Below, piece after piece: positions 12,201 to 27,200 of a stretch of 64,000 bases of DNA. The position numbers and the translations under genes are program-made. How positions within the stretch are numbered: the stretch's first letter is position 1; every line of letters starts with the position of its first letter. This stretch comes from Eledone cirrhosa (taxonomy: Eukaryota), in NCBI GenBank assembly GCA_964016885.1, contig OZ024742.1:311116001-311180000 (forward strand). Reading direction: 5' to 3'. Below the pieces are notes generated by a model. The model ran no database searches. It saw only the letters and a list, made by a program, of their open reading frames with translations, and was not told where the DNA came from.

Positions 12201-15200
12201 TGTTTGTGAAACTAACATCCAAGTAGCTGAGTATTCCACAGGCATGAGTACCCTTAATATTTAATGTAGATTTCAGGGAAATTCTACATGACAGAGTGTA
12301 TGACAAGGCTGTCTCTTTGTCAGCTGAGTGAACTAGAGCAATGTGAAATACTCAAGGGCACAATTCACTACCAGAAATCAAACTCACAACCTAACCACTA
12401 AGCAGACATGATCAAAGTCATTCCTTTAAAATGCTTCCCGAAATTCACCAACACTACACCTGATATTCCTCCTCCATACACATGCATGCATGTACCTGAG
12501 TGTATATCATGACTCATACACTGTTCACTTTCCTGACATTTGTACATTATTCTATGTACTATACATGCACCTTTGATGAGTTGTAGTGCACCTGAGCACT
12601 GTACACAATTTTCATTATTATTATTACCATCCTGGTGCATTTTTTCATGGCACCAGCACTAGGGAGGTTGTCAAGGGCTTGACTCAACTGAAGAGACCTC
12701 TCATCCCTTTTCATGGTATGGTTTCTATGTTAATTAGAAAGGCTGTACTAACTTCAGAAATTATAGCAAAGAATGTGGTTTCAAATAAGCCTACATGAGA
12801 CTTACATGAATCTTCTCCAGGGGTCGACCTAGCAGTGTTGTTGTATACTTGTGTAGACTCTCCAGATATTTTTGCTTGAAGTCTTTCTTCTCACTTTCCA
12901 AGCAGGATATTTTAAGTCGGGACAAAATGGCTGCAGAGATAAATGTGGGAATTAATTCAACAAAACTGCAGAGCAAAGGAAAGTAAAAACAATTTTCTTC
13001 TTTCACAAAGGAGATGACAAAGGAAACAGACAGATAAAGGGACACTGTGCTGAAGAAAACTCATTTAACTCATCCAAGCATGAAAAAAAAGATGTAAAAA
13101 TGATGACGCATGTATGAGTATATGTATATGAGTGTGCATGTGTATGTACATGCATATATACATCTTTCATCAGGATACATTGTCAAGAAAACTGATAAGT
13201 AGGTGTTCTTCAAATGAAGTCTTTTGCAATATTTGTTCTGTCCTGAGTTACAGACAATCCCTTGTCGTTTTCACTATCAGGAAAGCAGTAAACTTTTGAC
13301 AGTTTTTTTGGAAACATGCAAACAATAATGATATTTTTCACCAACTTCGATATTAATTTGTTTTGTTTTTTTAAACAAACAGTTTTTGAACTGATATTAA
13401 ATGTTGAAGAGAGTATAAAATGTATATTGATACTCACAATTCATGCGATGGTAATTTTCTGTAAAAAAAAAAGAAAGAAAAATAGCAATGATAATAATGG
13501 TTTCTTATATAGGCACAAGGCCAGTAATTTTGGAGGAGGGGAAAGTCGATTAAATCGTGATTGGTTCTTTATTTCATCGACCCTGTAAGGATGAAAGGCA
13601 AAGCTAACTTCGGCGGGATTTGAACTCAGAACGTAAAGTGACGTAACTCAATGCCTTAACGTATGTTGTCCGCCACTCTACCGATACTGCCACAATAACA
13701 ATAATTGTTTCTACTTTTGGCACAAGGCCAGCAATTACCCCAGTGCATTACTGGTACTTTATTTTATCGACCCTGTAAGGATGAAAGGTAAAGTTAACTT
13801 CGGCGGGATTTGAACTCAGACCGTAAAGGGACGTAACTCTATATTAGAAAGCATGGTGTGTGACCCTCTACTGATAGTGCCAATCCACTGCCGTTAAAAA
13901 GGAACGGTCGACATTAGTCAAATCGGACCGAGGAAACAATGTTTCCATTGGTCTTTCCAATTGCTAATATTATCTATCGGTCGCAACTCTAGGAATGGTT
14001 TTTAACATAAGTGCAAGGCCAGAAACTTTGGGGGGAGAGAAAAGTCGATTATATTAAACTCAGAAGGATGAAAGGCAAAGTTGACCGCAACAGGATTTGA
14101 ACTCAGAAGGTAAAAGGATGTAACTTAATACCATAAATCATATCTGTCATTGTACCAATTCTGTTAATCCTCTACATTCTTTGACTTATAACGACAACAT
14201 CAAATTGACACTAAACCACTTGAAACCACCCATGGTTCTATGGTACAAAACTATTTATTTTTAAATGTTTATATTTATCTAAAAGCATTCCAACATAATT
14301 TCATGTAAGAACATTTGTTGAGTTATATTCCAAACACCAACTTCATGAGAAACTTAGTTATATAATTAAATCACTCTAAATTTTTGCTTATTTGTAAACC
14401 ATTAGAAATATGATAATGAAAAGATTAAAGATATAGACAGTGTTTTTCATTATAAATATGGTAATGAAATGGTTAACTCTGAAGGGGTTAGTCAACAGCT
14501 GTAGGATCTAAACACAGAACTAGGAGATTGCACTGCAGAATATCTAATTAAGCACTCTACAATCAACACCAACCTTACTGCAATGGTTTTTAAACTTAGG
14601 ATGAGGCAACAAATTTTGGAAGAAAGAAAGGTTGGTTTAATCAACCCTAGTACAAAACTGGTACTTATTTTATCAACTCCTCAAAGTTTGAACATAAATG
14701 ATCCTAATTTAATACTATAAGGCATTTTTGTCCATTGCTCTCCTAATTCTGCTACCCACCATACTTATCATGCCAGCATAGAAAACAGACATAGAAACGA
14801 TGATGGTGATGATGATGATGACCTATAGGATCTGTAAAAGATTTTAATGTTTTATAAATTATCTTATTTCTATTTTGATATTTATAGCATTATTTCATTT
14901 TGCTAAAGATTTGATCCATAGTTAAGGTTGTTTAAAGCATAACAGTTGGTCTTGTTTCATTCGTCATCATCACCATGTTAATTATCTCAGCTAAAGCACA
15001 CAGTTCAAATCAAAGAGTATATAGATATTAGAACAAGTTCACCAATTATGATCATTACTGGAAAACAAACTTCTTATGGTGGCAACATAACTGATACAGG
15101 AAATACATTGAGTGTGAATGCTTATTATTATAATTATGAAATCACATTTGTTAGAGAGATAGCAAGCAGGGAATACCTACCCATGTATATGACATGTTCA

Positions 15201-18200
15201 GGGGTCTTTTGATGTTCTTTAGCAACACGTACTATTTCATCAGATATTGTATGAACTAATTTGCAATAAGCTTTCTCCAAATCAGCCCGTCTATCAGAAC
15301 CTTTGAATATTATCTCAGCTTGCTTGGCAAATTCCTACACAACAAAACAAAAACAATTAATTAGAAATAAAAAATCTAACATTCAAAACTATCGTGAAAT
15401 AATGTTTGACTTGAATTAGATCAAATGAACTCAATAAAATGTGATGGGCAAATATTCCTATATTCTTTCTTTCCTTGTATATTTTTACTGGTTTCAATCA
15501 CTGATCAAAGACATTCCAATACTGACCATCCAGTGCTAGCATGGAAAATAAGATGTAAAATGATAATGATGGTGATGATGATGACTACAAATATCCAATG
15601 TGTTCATTTTCTAAGAGGGTAGCATATGATTTGAGGAAATTTAGCTGCTATTTCTAGCAGAAGCCTCAACAACGTGGAGCTTACTTAATAGACTGAAACT
15701 CACACATGTACTTCATGTGACTTCCTGACAAAATACAGGACTAGCTATCATCATAAATGTAAACCCGTCCAACCCATGCTAGCATGGAAGATGGACATTA
15801 AACGATGATGGTGATGATGAAGAAGAAAGAACCACCAATGTTAATTCTCATTTTAACCCTTTTGATACCAAACCACCTGAAACCACCCTTGGTTCTATGA
15901 CATATACTTGTTTGTTTAGTTATGCTAAAATTAGAACATTTACATTAAACAAATTAAAACACTCTCCTCAAACAAGTGGAACATTTTCATCAAACAAATT
16001 AGAATATTCATATGAAAAAAATTTGAATATTTTTATTAAACAAATTTGAACACCTACTTCAACCATACTGAAACATTTACATCAAACAAACTGGAACATT
16101 TTTAAACCAATTAAAGCATTTTCATAAATAAATTAGAAAATTTACATCAAATAAATTAGAACTCACATCAAAATCAGAGACAAAATTGATGATGCCACAC
16201 TTGTTTTTCTTAGAGATCTTGCTTTCTTTAATGGCAGTGATTTTGTTTTGCTGAAATTAAAAAAAGAAAGAAATAATCAATAACATCACAGCAGGAGGAA
16301 GGGGGAGAAATGTCAGTGTAAAAGGTCTATTTGCTAAAAGGACACAATGAAACATCTTGTAACTTAAGTTATGGCTGGTTGTAATCACTTACAATGAAAC
16401 GGTCAAAGTTACGTTTGGTCTTAACGAGGCAATTAGCAAATGTCATGCTTAAGAAGGAGCCTGCATCCTGAGTGTTGATTACATGTTGACTCATACGCAC
16501 CAACATATACATAGAGTTGCTGGAAAGATAAAAATAGACAACAAATAGGAAATTATTATAAAACCAATAATAAGAATGGTTTCTGATTTAGGCACACAGC
16601 CAACAATTTGGGGGAGAGGGTAGTCGATTAACCCTTTAGCATTTACATTACTCTATATTTACTATTGTATTTTCACGGTAATATCTCACATAATATCGAA
16701 TCTATGAAATTTTGATATTATTTATTTTGAGAACAATACCTTACCGTAAGTATGAGCAGCCAATTATGGCCAGTTTAAACAGAAAGAGGTGAGAGAATTC
16801 TGGCCGGATATGGCCGGTCTAAATGCTAAGAGTTAAATTGATCCCAAAGTGTTGCTAGTGCTTTATTTTATCCACCCCATAATACATAAGTCCAGTAAAT
16901 TGAGAGGAAGGAGAAGTCAATTAAATCAATCCCAATATTTGACTGGTACTTTATTTATTGACATTGGATGGACGTAAGCAATGTTTACCTCAGTGGGATT
17001 TGAACTCAAAGCATAAAGAATCGAAACAAATACCACACATTTTGTCCGACACTAATGATTCTACCAATTCACTGCCATATCATCCTCCTCATCATTATAT
17101 TATGTCTGGTTTTCTATGCTTGCATGGGTTGGATAGGTCTTCTCCAGAACAGCTTTCCTCCACTTGTTGCTTTCCTTCACAGTGAGGTTCAGCATTTTGA
17201 GATCAACTTGAACCACTTCTGGTCAAGTTCACCCCAATCTTCCTCTCTTGCAGCTTCCTTCCACAGGGAACTCCAGGCACTTATTTACCCAGCGATCATC
17301 ATCCCTATGTAGCACATGTAATCTTCTCATCAGATTCTGCTTATGCTCAGTTTTTCTCTCAGCTCATCCATGCTTTGTCATTGATGCACACTAACATTAC
17401 ACATCCAACAGAGCATAAACAATGCACTTCTCTCCAACCTTCATATACCCTCTGTATACACTGCCCATGTCTCACTACCATGCAACACAACATTACATAT
17501 GCAGGCTTCATACAACCTGTCTTTTGCTGAGGGAAAAAATCCTTTCGTTAACAGAAGCAGTAGTTGTAGTTCCCAGAACATTTTCCACTCTCTTATTCTA
17601 TCTACTATGCCTTCAGATTACTCTCATCCTCTGCTAATTAGGTTACCTAGATAAGAGAAGCTATCAACTACTTCCCGAACTAGAAAAAAGTTTATTTTAC
17701 TGATGCTCTTACTATCAATTAACCCTGTCATATGCCACATACACAGTCTAACTCTCTGCTAGCCTACCTGCTACATCACTACACCTCTTGTGTACTCATA
17801 TTTTACATTAAGTACACTATCTAGAGTTACAACCTAACAGGGTCTAAGTTTACTCTGAGTCTTTTTGTTTACACAACAGGAGTTTCTTCTCTAGTTCCTC
17901 CACAGATTCAGCAATAAGAGTTAAGCTGTCAGCATACAGAAGTTTGTAGTGTTTAAGATTACAATTCAATAGCAGTAAAGAAATGTAAGAACCTACAGAA
18001 TACAGATTAAGGAAATCTCTTTTTTTTTTTTCTCAAAAATTTCCAACTTACCATCCATCAAGTTTGTCTGCAAATGTAATGAAATTTTCCAATTCAGTTT
18101 CCAAGTTTGGAAATAAATCAGTCATCATACGTCTGAAATAAGCATAAAATAAGAATTATAATAGCCATATAATCATTGAAAGATTAAGCAATTTACTCTA

Positions 18201-21200
18201 TTAGTTTACACTAATGCACAGAATGATTAAATAGTAATTATAGTCCTTAATACATACCTCACACTTAAATAATATTCAGAGATAATGAAATATAAGTGTG
18301 ATGCCTGTGAGGGTACTTGGTTATTCCAGTGACTTAGCCTTGCTATTACCCATTGCAATGCTGTGAGTGTTAGCTTGTCTAAAACATTATTAGGAGGCTG
18401 CAGCACCCTTCCATCTAACATCTAACCACTAAATAAGTCATCATCAGGTCAGACCAGAAGGAGGTGGGGTTAAGTTATCAAACCAAAGGCTTCCATCTAA
18501 CATCCAGCCACTAAGTCATCATCAGGTCAGACCAGAAGGCGGTGGGGTTAAGTTATTGAACCAAAGGCCTCCATCTAACATCCAGCCACTAAATAAGTCA
18601 TCATCAAGTCAGACCAGAAGGAAGTGAGGTTAAGTTATCAAACCAAAGGCTTCCATCTAACATCCAGCCACTAAATAAGTCATTATCAAGTCAGGCCAGA
18701 AGGAAGTGAGGGTTCACATTGGCATGGAGCAATAATTTTGAAACATTTGAAACTGCTTCTTATTTTATTAATCCCTACCTGTCAAATCACTAAGTTATGC
18801 ATAGTGATGGTAAAGAATACGCTGAAGATGATGATGATGAAGTTATAGTGCACCTGAGCACTGTACACAATAATTTCCATTATTTTTTTTTTTGTTCATG
18901 AAGATGATGAAGTTGAAGCTGTCACCACTCTTACAGACTATGCCATAGACTGCAGCTGATATTTCAACTACTTACCGCATTTCTTCATTGATCTGGCGTC
19001 TGCAGCAAAAAAAAAAAACACAAAGAAAAGAGATTAGAAAATTAATATATATCTTTTTTAATGAATCAAAACATAGAATTACAATAACATACACTTTCCA
19101 AGTACAGTGTACCAATAAAACAAGATGCAATTAAATCTCAAGTTCTTTAAAAATGTACCTTACAAATAAAGATCTCTTTAATTCTTAACATTCTATAGTG
19201 ATTTAGCAGAAAATATATTAGAAAATTGATATGTTAACTCCAATGTTTATAGTGTCTTTATAAGTGGACAGATCACTGGGGGTAAAGACTTCCATTTTTA
19301 ATGTGATACCGTTATAGTGTTGTTTTATACTTTTCAAGAAAGTCTTGCTAATGTGGTTTAGTGTGGTACAGGTTGTTAAGAGTTAATAACCAAAGTTACA
19401 CTGTATAATGCCCTATTCGAAATTTTGACATCATTAAACACCACAATGGAAATCTCTGTATATCAATAAGCTACACTTAACATAAATTTACTAAACTCCA
19501 GCTGGACCTTTCAACAATTACAGGTTCAATCCAACAGCCAGCATGTTCTCACATATTTCCCGTCTGGCCAATTTCCCTCATAAGGCTAGGGTCGAATTGA
19601 GGCTTTGGTATAAAATTAAAAAAAAACAATTTCTCAAGATATAATACAACAGAACTGAGCCCAAAGCCTTGTGGCACACTTCTTAACCACATGGCTGTGC
19701 CTGCATCCATACCTACATGTGCCTGTGTGTTAGATGTGATTAAAGACACTGACACAGGTATACATTTTTTTGAGTGAGAAACAATGAAAGAATAGGTGAT
19801 GTGGGCACAGTATTGGTAGAGAAATTGGTAGATAATGTAATTGAGGTTATTAGAGTAAGAAACAGAATAATTAAGCTTAGTCATATGTAAGTCTATTGTA
19901 ACTATTTCTTCTTATGTACCACAGTCAGGGCCATTTGCAGATCATTTCAATAACAAATGAGAATATTTTCAGAATCTTATGTACGATAGTCAGGACTGTC
20001 TGATGAGCAAAAGGGCTATTTGCAGATCATTTTGATAATGCGAATATCTTCATAATCTTTTGTACCATTACCAGGGTTGCTTGATGAGCAAAAGGGCTGT
20101 TTCTATAAGCTCCTTTTGCAGAGTACTTCAATAAAAATGACAGTGTCTTCATTATCTTGGCTAGTGAGTAGCACCATTATGACTAGTCTGGGAGTACATG
20201 GTGGCTATGGATACAGTACAAGAAATGAAGAGTAATCAAGATTCTTTGATGCAAATGAGCAATCTACAACACTAATTTCAGGAAACTGTCAGTTTCTTGA
20301 TCACCTACCAATCAGGTGAGCGCACAAGTCATGTGACTAACAGATGGTCGTAAATACTAAGTCTTTTTCCAGTGAAGAATGTACCACTCAACAAAGTAAG
20401 AGCAGGACTGATAAGACAACCTGGAGAAGAAAGGTGTGGAAATTGAAAGAAACCTCAGCTTCAGAGAGATTCTAGGTAATGCAGATAATGAGGAAGAAGG
20501 GGAGACAACCTGCTCAGGCCACAGATGAAATTTGTGGTTGAAGCTGGTGCCAGTAGGACAGAAGGTGACTTTGTGATGAAATAATAGTATAGATAGAGCC
20601 ATAAAAGCTAAAAGACAGGCTTGGAAAGACTAAAAGAAAAGGTGCAATAAAATATAAGATCAAATAGCAAAAAAGTAACGTCAAGTTTAATTAGCTCAGA
20701 GAGAAACTGAAAGAAAGGGGTTACCAATGTTCTGCCTCGAGAGGATCAGAGGCATGAGGTTTCCTGGATTGCTAAGTAGTGTGTCAGGGACATTCAAGAT
20801 ATTGCTAGGGAAAAGTATGTTTGGATAACAGTGATGCACTTATCCTCAGATATAGAAAAAAGGCTTGGATAAGTTATGAAAGGTTGCTGAATATGGAGAA
20901 CACATGGGAAGAAGAGGTTCTGCCCGGAGAAAACCCAACTGAGGGATCAGCTATTGAGGTTGACAGTTATATGGTTGAAACAGCCATAAAGCTATAAAGG
21001 CATAAAAAGCTCATCAGCATTCGTTGTTGAGATACTGAAAATATCTGGCTTAATGGGGGATCAACCTAGTTACAGAGTCAACTGGATAATTCAGGAGGGT
21101 TTCATACCCAATGACTGGTGTGGCAACTGTTATAAGGGACTGAGGAAGGGCTGTAGAAGTAACCAACTACAGAAACACTAAACTGATGGATCAAGTTATG

Positions 21201-24200
21201 ACAATAACAGAGAATATAATTGATTAGCTTAATTTCAGACTAGAATTGTGTCAGACCAGGCTGCTATAAAGACCAACTTCATAGTGAAACAACTGCAAGA
21301 AAACTTCTTAGCTAAAAGTAAGCCAATATACCTAGTGTTCATTGACTCAGGTCTTTGACAGGGTACCACATTCTTTTGTTTGGTGGTCATTAAAAAAATT
21401 AGGTGTAGATGAATTGCTTGTGAAAGGTGTGCAAGCTATGTATGGATATGCCATCAATAAATTGGTAGTTGGCAATGAATTCAGTAAAGAATTTAATGTG
21501 CAAGTAGGTGTTCATTAAGGTGCAGCCCTCAGTTCCTTGCTATTTATTATAGTTCTCAAAGCTATAACAGAGGAATTTAAAACTGGCTGTCCTTGGGAAC
21601 TCCTGCATGCTGATGACCTAGTACTTATAGCTTAATCTGCAAAAGATCTCGAGTAGAAATTCCAGATGTAGAAAAAAAATCTAAAATTAAAAGGACTCAG
21701 AGTAAACTTAGCAAAGTTTTAGTAAGTAGGAAAGAAGACAAGACCTTGTTGTCATCAGGAAAATGGGTGTCCTTGATATACCAAAATGTAATAGGTAGGA
21801 ATTCCATATATTGTACTTAATATGAAATATGGGTACACCATATGTGTAATGAGGTTGCAGGCAGGCTAACAAAGAAAGTAAACTTTGTATGTGACAGATC
21901 CACAAATATAACCAACAGTTTGAGCACCAGCAAAATATAATTTTTCCAATGCTCAATAGGTTCCATAGAAGTAATTGATAGCTTCTGTTACTTAGATTAC
22001 CTATTTAGCAGTATAAGAGAGTACATTGAAAGCATAGAAGCCATAATATGAGCAGAGTAGGAAAAGTTCAAGGAGTTATTACCTCTGCTGCTAACAAAGG
22101 GATTCTCTCTTTAAGTAAAAGGGAGATTATGAAATGTGTTGTCATGCTATGGTGTATGGTAGCAAGGCATGAGCAGTAAATGTAGAAGATGTGCAAAGGC
22201 TGTAAAGAAACAAAGCAAGCATGCTCTGCTGAATGTATACCATTGGTGCGCATGAATGGCCAAAAACAGATGTATTGAGAGAAAAACTGGGTACATGAGG
22301 AGTTGAATGTTACATGCAAGAGAGAAGATAGAGCAGGTATGGACATGTAATGTATATTGATGATGACAGTTTGGTAAAAAAAAGTGCCAGGAAGGCGGCT
22401 TATTTCAAGATGCTAGACCTCATAAAGGAGATGACAGAGGAACACAACTGATGAGATTTTGTTTTGAAGAGAACGCATCCAACCCATGCAAGCATGGAAA
22501 AACGGATGTACAATTTATGACAATGATGATTGTGGGTAAAAGAAAAGGAAATCAATGAGAGAGAGGGAGAGGAGAGAAAGAAAGAGAAAAATGCATCCAA
22601 ATGCTCATGACAATGTTTTGTCAACATTCTTTGAATATTTTAACAATCTCAAAATACATGAAAAAAAAAACAATTAAATAAATCAAAATAAAATGAAACA
22701 AAATAACAATAATTAAATGAAAAACAATTTAAAACTTAGCAAACTAAAACATCAACCATAATTTATGTCACATTCTTCTTGTTTCATATATTTTAAAAAT
22801 CTTTTCAAGCAACTTTAGATCTGATCAAATTATTAATTAAGATTAATTATAGATTTATAATTATATAAGCATCAAGATAATATGGTTATATAAGCATAAA
22901 CATAATAGGATTATATACACATCAACATAACAGATTTATATAAGCATGAACATAACAGAAACATATAAGCGTCAACATAATACAGTTATATAAGGATCAA
23001 CGTAATACAGTTATATAAGGATCAACATGATACAGTTATATAAGGATCAACATGATGCAGTTATATAAGCATCAACATAATACAGTTATATAAGCATCAA
23101 CAAAATACAGTTATATAAGCATCAACATAATTATCATCATTGCATTAACCAACATCAACACCACAACTATGACAATAATCATGTCTGATTTTGTTGTTGT
23201 TGTTGTACTTATTGCTCTTCGTTTCCTTTCCTCCCCTCAACTTATTAGTCACCATGACCAACACAAACCCTGTCATTCCTTTTCTTATATATTTCGAATG
23301 AAAGACACTGCCTATGATTTAAAAATCTTCTTTGCCCACTTATTCCTAGGAGGAGGGTCATGGGGGCAGAGTCCTCAAACACTCCTACCAGTGGGTCCTG
23401 TCAGAAGCAACTGTCTCCAATTGATCCAGCTGGATCCCTAAGCAAGACCAGCTGATCTCATGAAAATATTCAAAAATCTGAAGGGATTTAATAATACTAA
23501 CTTTCTCATTATGAAGTATAACTTAATAATGAGAAAGAGGTGGTGTGGTGAGAGCTGATCTCAAATCACTGAAACTCACAGTGGAGATGATGAAAGATCA
23601 TGACGTGTGGGGAGATGCTGTGCTGAAAAGGACTCATCCAACCTATGTAAGCATGAAAAGACGGGCATAAAAACAATATAATTAACTTTTTAATTATAAC
23701 TAGAGCAGTGGATTGGCGGAATGGTAAAGCATCAGACACCATGCTTTGTGGCATAGAGTTACAGCCCTTTATGTTCTGAGTGCAAATCTCACCGAGGTTA
23801 GCTTTGCCTTTCATCCTTACGGGATCGATACCAGTAATGCACTGGGATCAGTGCTATTCACCATTGTGCTTAGGTATGCTTAGCCATAGGGCCCCGTTGG
23901 CCAGGAGGGAGCCATTTTCCTGTCAAAAAAATTTGCTTACCTCCTTCAGGGCCCAAGTGGGAGGCCTCATAACTTAACTAGCACAGAGGCTCATTTGTTC
24001 TAAATCCAGCACTGGATGGGGTGGGTCGATTTAATCAACTTCCCTCTCTCCCAAAATTGCTGGCCTTGTGCTTAAATCAGAAACCATTATTAAGCTAATG
24101 CTAAGGTGGTTGATTGACATAATTGTTAGTGTGCTAGACGAAATATATTGCAGTATCTTGTTATAACCCTATTCTTATACACAGTTGTAGCTTTGTTGAT

Positions 24201-27200
24201 GACTTCTCATATCAGTTGTTTCGATAAATATTTTAATTTTATTTTACATAAATGAGATAATGAGATCAAGATTGTGTAGTTGTCACGAGAAAACACACAG
24301 TCCACGCTGTAATGTGGCCGTGTAGGTAACATGGTAAAAAGTTCCCAGTTCCACACTGTAAATGTGGTTGGTGTTAGGAAGGGCATCCAGCCGTAGAAAA
24401 CCTGCCAGATAGTCCTATATGAGCGAGACATGGTCACCCAACCAACCTTGCCTCAAGTGGGACAACTCCCGTCTAACCCATGCTAGCGTGGAAAATGGAC
24501 GCTAAACGAAGATGATAATGATATTACAGAGGCTTTTACTATTGTCCTGTTTCTACCACTACCACCTCCATCACTCCACCACTATAATTGTACAGGGGCT
24601 TTTATTATCAGCCTATTTCTTCCATCATTTTACATCCACTTTCAATGCTAGCATAAATTGGAGTTGTCATCCTCTGAATCAGTTCTTATGTGGAGGTACT
24701 GCCCTCCTAGACAAGTCAGTTCTTATGCAGAAGTACTGCCCTTCTAGACAAGTCAGACACCCAATATCTCACTCTTACACAAGACAGTTTCTATAAGTGG
24801 ATGCTCTTACTAACACCAACCACTTTACAAAATGTACTGGGTGCATCAGCACCAGAGAGGTTGTGATGTCCTCACCGTAACTAAAAGGTCTTCTCAAACC
24901 TAAATTGTCACCATGTCTTCCAACCACATTACAGAGTGCACTGGGTGTATTTATCGTGACACCAGCACTATAAGAATTTCTCAGTTTTTTAATATAATCT
25001 CCTGATTCTGTCAATCCTCCAACCTATTGCTCTCATAATAATAAATATTTCTATTTAAAATATTATGTGGCAACCTCTGGATGTTGAAGCCAGTGATTAA
25101 ACCAGAGACCCTTAGAGCTTCAGTCTAACAAACAATAACAACAGTCCTAAAGGATATTTACATTATTGAACAACAATGATAAAAAGGACCACAACAACAA
25201 TAAATGTAGAAAAAACAAACTCAAAATGGCACAATAAATATTATATATATATATGTGTGTATGTGTATGTATGAAAATGATGATGTGTGTATGTATATAT
25301 ATATATATGTGTGTATGTGTATGTATGTGTGTGTGTTTGTATGTATGTGTGTGTATGTGTGTGTATGTGTGTGCGTGTTTGTATGTGCGTCATGATGCAA
25401 CAAAAAAACACAAAAATGGATTAAATGGAGAGCAAAAGAAAGAGGGAAAAGAAGAAAAGGAAGGAAAAATACTTAAAAGATGCAAAATATAAACTGTAAT
25501 AAAATGTAATTAATAAAAAAAGTTTCTTTTGAGCCTAGAAGCTCATTAGTCCAAAGCTTATTCCGGTTCCATGTGGCGTAAAGTTACTGAGAGTACAAGA
25601 CTGACTTCATCCCTGGATAGGACACCAGTCCATCACAAGGTGAACTCACAACCACTGCTGCTGGTACTCATTTTATTTTTCAGCTGAGTGGACTAGAGCA
25701 ATATGAAATAAAGTACCTTGCTCAAGAACCCACACTGCCCAGTCTAGAGATTAAACGCCTGCAACCTGACAACCATAAAACCAACACCCTAACCAATAGG
25801 CCCCTCACCATCACATAATAAAAAGAAAAGGAAGTTTAGAAAAGAACAGAAAAAAAAGGACAACAATAAAACAATAAAGCAATTAAAATGCAATATAAAA
25901 ACAATAATAAAAATCCCAAGAGAAAGGAGAGAAAAAGCAAACTAAAATAAAACAAAAAATAGATAGATAGATAGATAGATAAATAAAATAAATAAATAAA
26001 TAAATAAAATAAATAAATAAATAAATAAAATAAATAAATTAAATAAATAAATAAATAAATAAGAAAGAAATGATTTGTTTTTTTATGTGTGGTAGAAGGA
26101 GCAAAAAAGCAATTACAGCAGAAATCAATAAATTTTGTCTGCATTTCTGAAAGGAGCAATTATCATTGGCAGTATCGGTAGAGTGTCGGACACCATGCTT
26201 TGCAGCATAGAGTTACGGCCTTTTACGTTCTGAGTTCAAATCTCGCTGAGGTTAACTTTGCCTTTCATCCTTGTGGGGTCGATAAAATAAAGTACCAGTA
26301 ATGCACTGGTGTCAATTTAATCGACTTTCTCCTTTCCGAAAATGTTTGGCCTTGTGCCTGAATCAGAAACCATTATTATAAACAGATTTGGCAGTTGATT
26401 GGTAGAATCATTAGAGCCAGACAAATTCTTTGTGGTATTTGCTCCGACATTTTATGTTCTGTGTTCAAATCCTGCCAAAGTCAACTTTGCCTTTCATCTC
26501 TCTCTAGAGTCAATAAAATATAGTACCAGTAATGCACTGGGGTCAATTTAATCGACTTTCGCCTTTCCTTCAAATTGCTGGCCTTTTGGATGAATGAGAT
26601 TAACTGTTTGTTCAGCTATGAAATTCTTTTCTTAGTCAATTTCTTCTTATTTCCCATCATCAACAAGATCTTATGTGGTACTTCACTGCTATTTCTAGCA
26701 GATAGGTATTTATATAGTTATTAAAAATGTTACTCAATTTCATGTAATAGTTATATCTTCATATAATATAACACATCAACACATAATATTATACATTAAC
26801 ATACAGTATTACCCATCAAAACATACTATTACACTTCAACATGTAATGTTACACATCAACATGTATTTTTACACATCATGTTGTTACCCATCAACATGCA
26901 TTTTTACACATCAACATGTATTAACTATCAACACATTGTTACACATCAATATATAATAATACACGTGTAATGTTACACATCAATGTGTAACATTATGCAT
27001 CAATGTCGTGTTACACAACACATTATTACTCATCAACATGCAACATTACACAACACATTATTATTACTCATCAACATGTAACATTACACAACACATTATT
27101 ACTCATCAACATGTAACATCACACATCAACATGCAATATTAATTTCTGTATTGTGGTGAACGGTGTAGCATAAAATGGAAGCACCAGGCAAGCTGAGGCT

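Noticed and set aside
26117-26146. 30-nt candidate microexon (ctcctttcag| ... |gtaatt)
   Set aside because: It contains a stop in the required phase 2 frame and has a weak donor.
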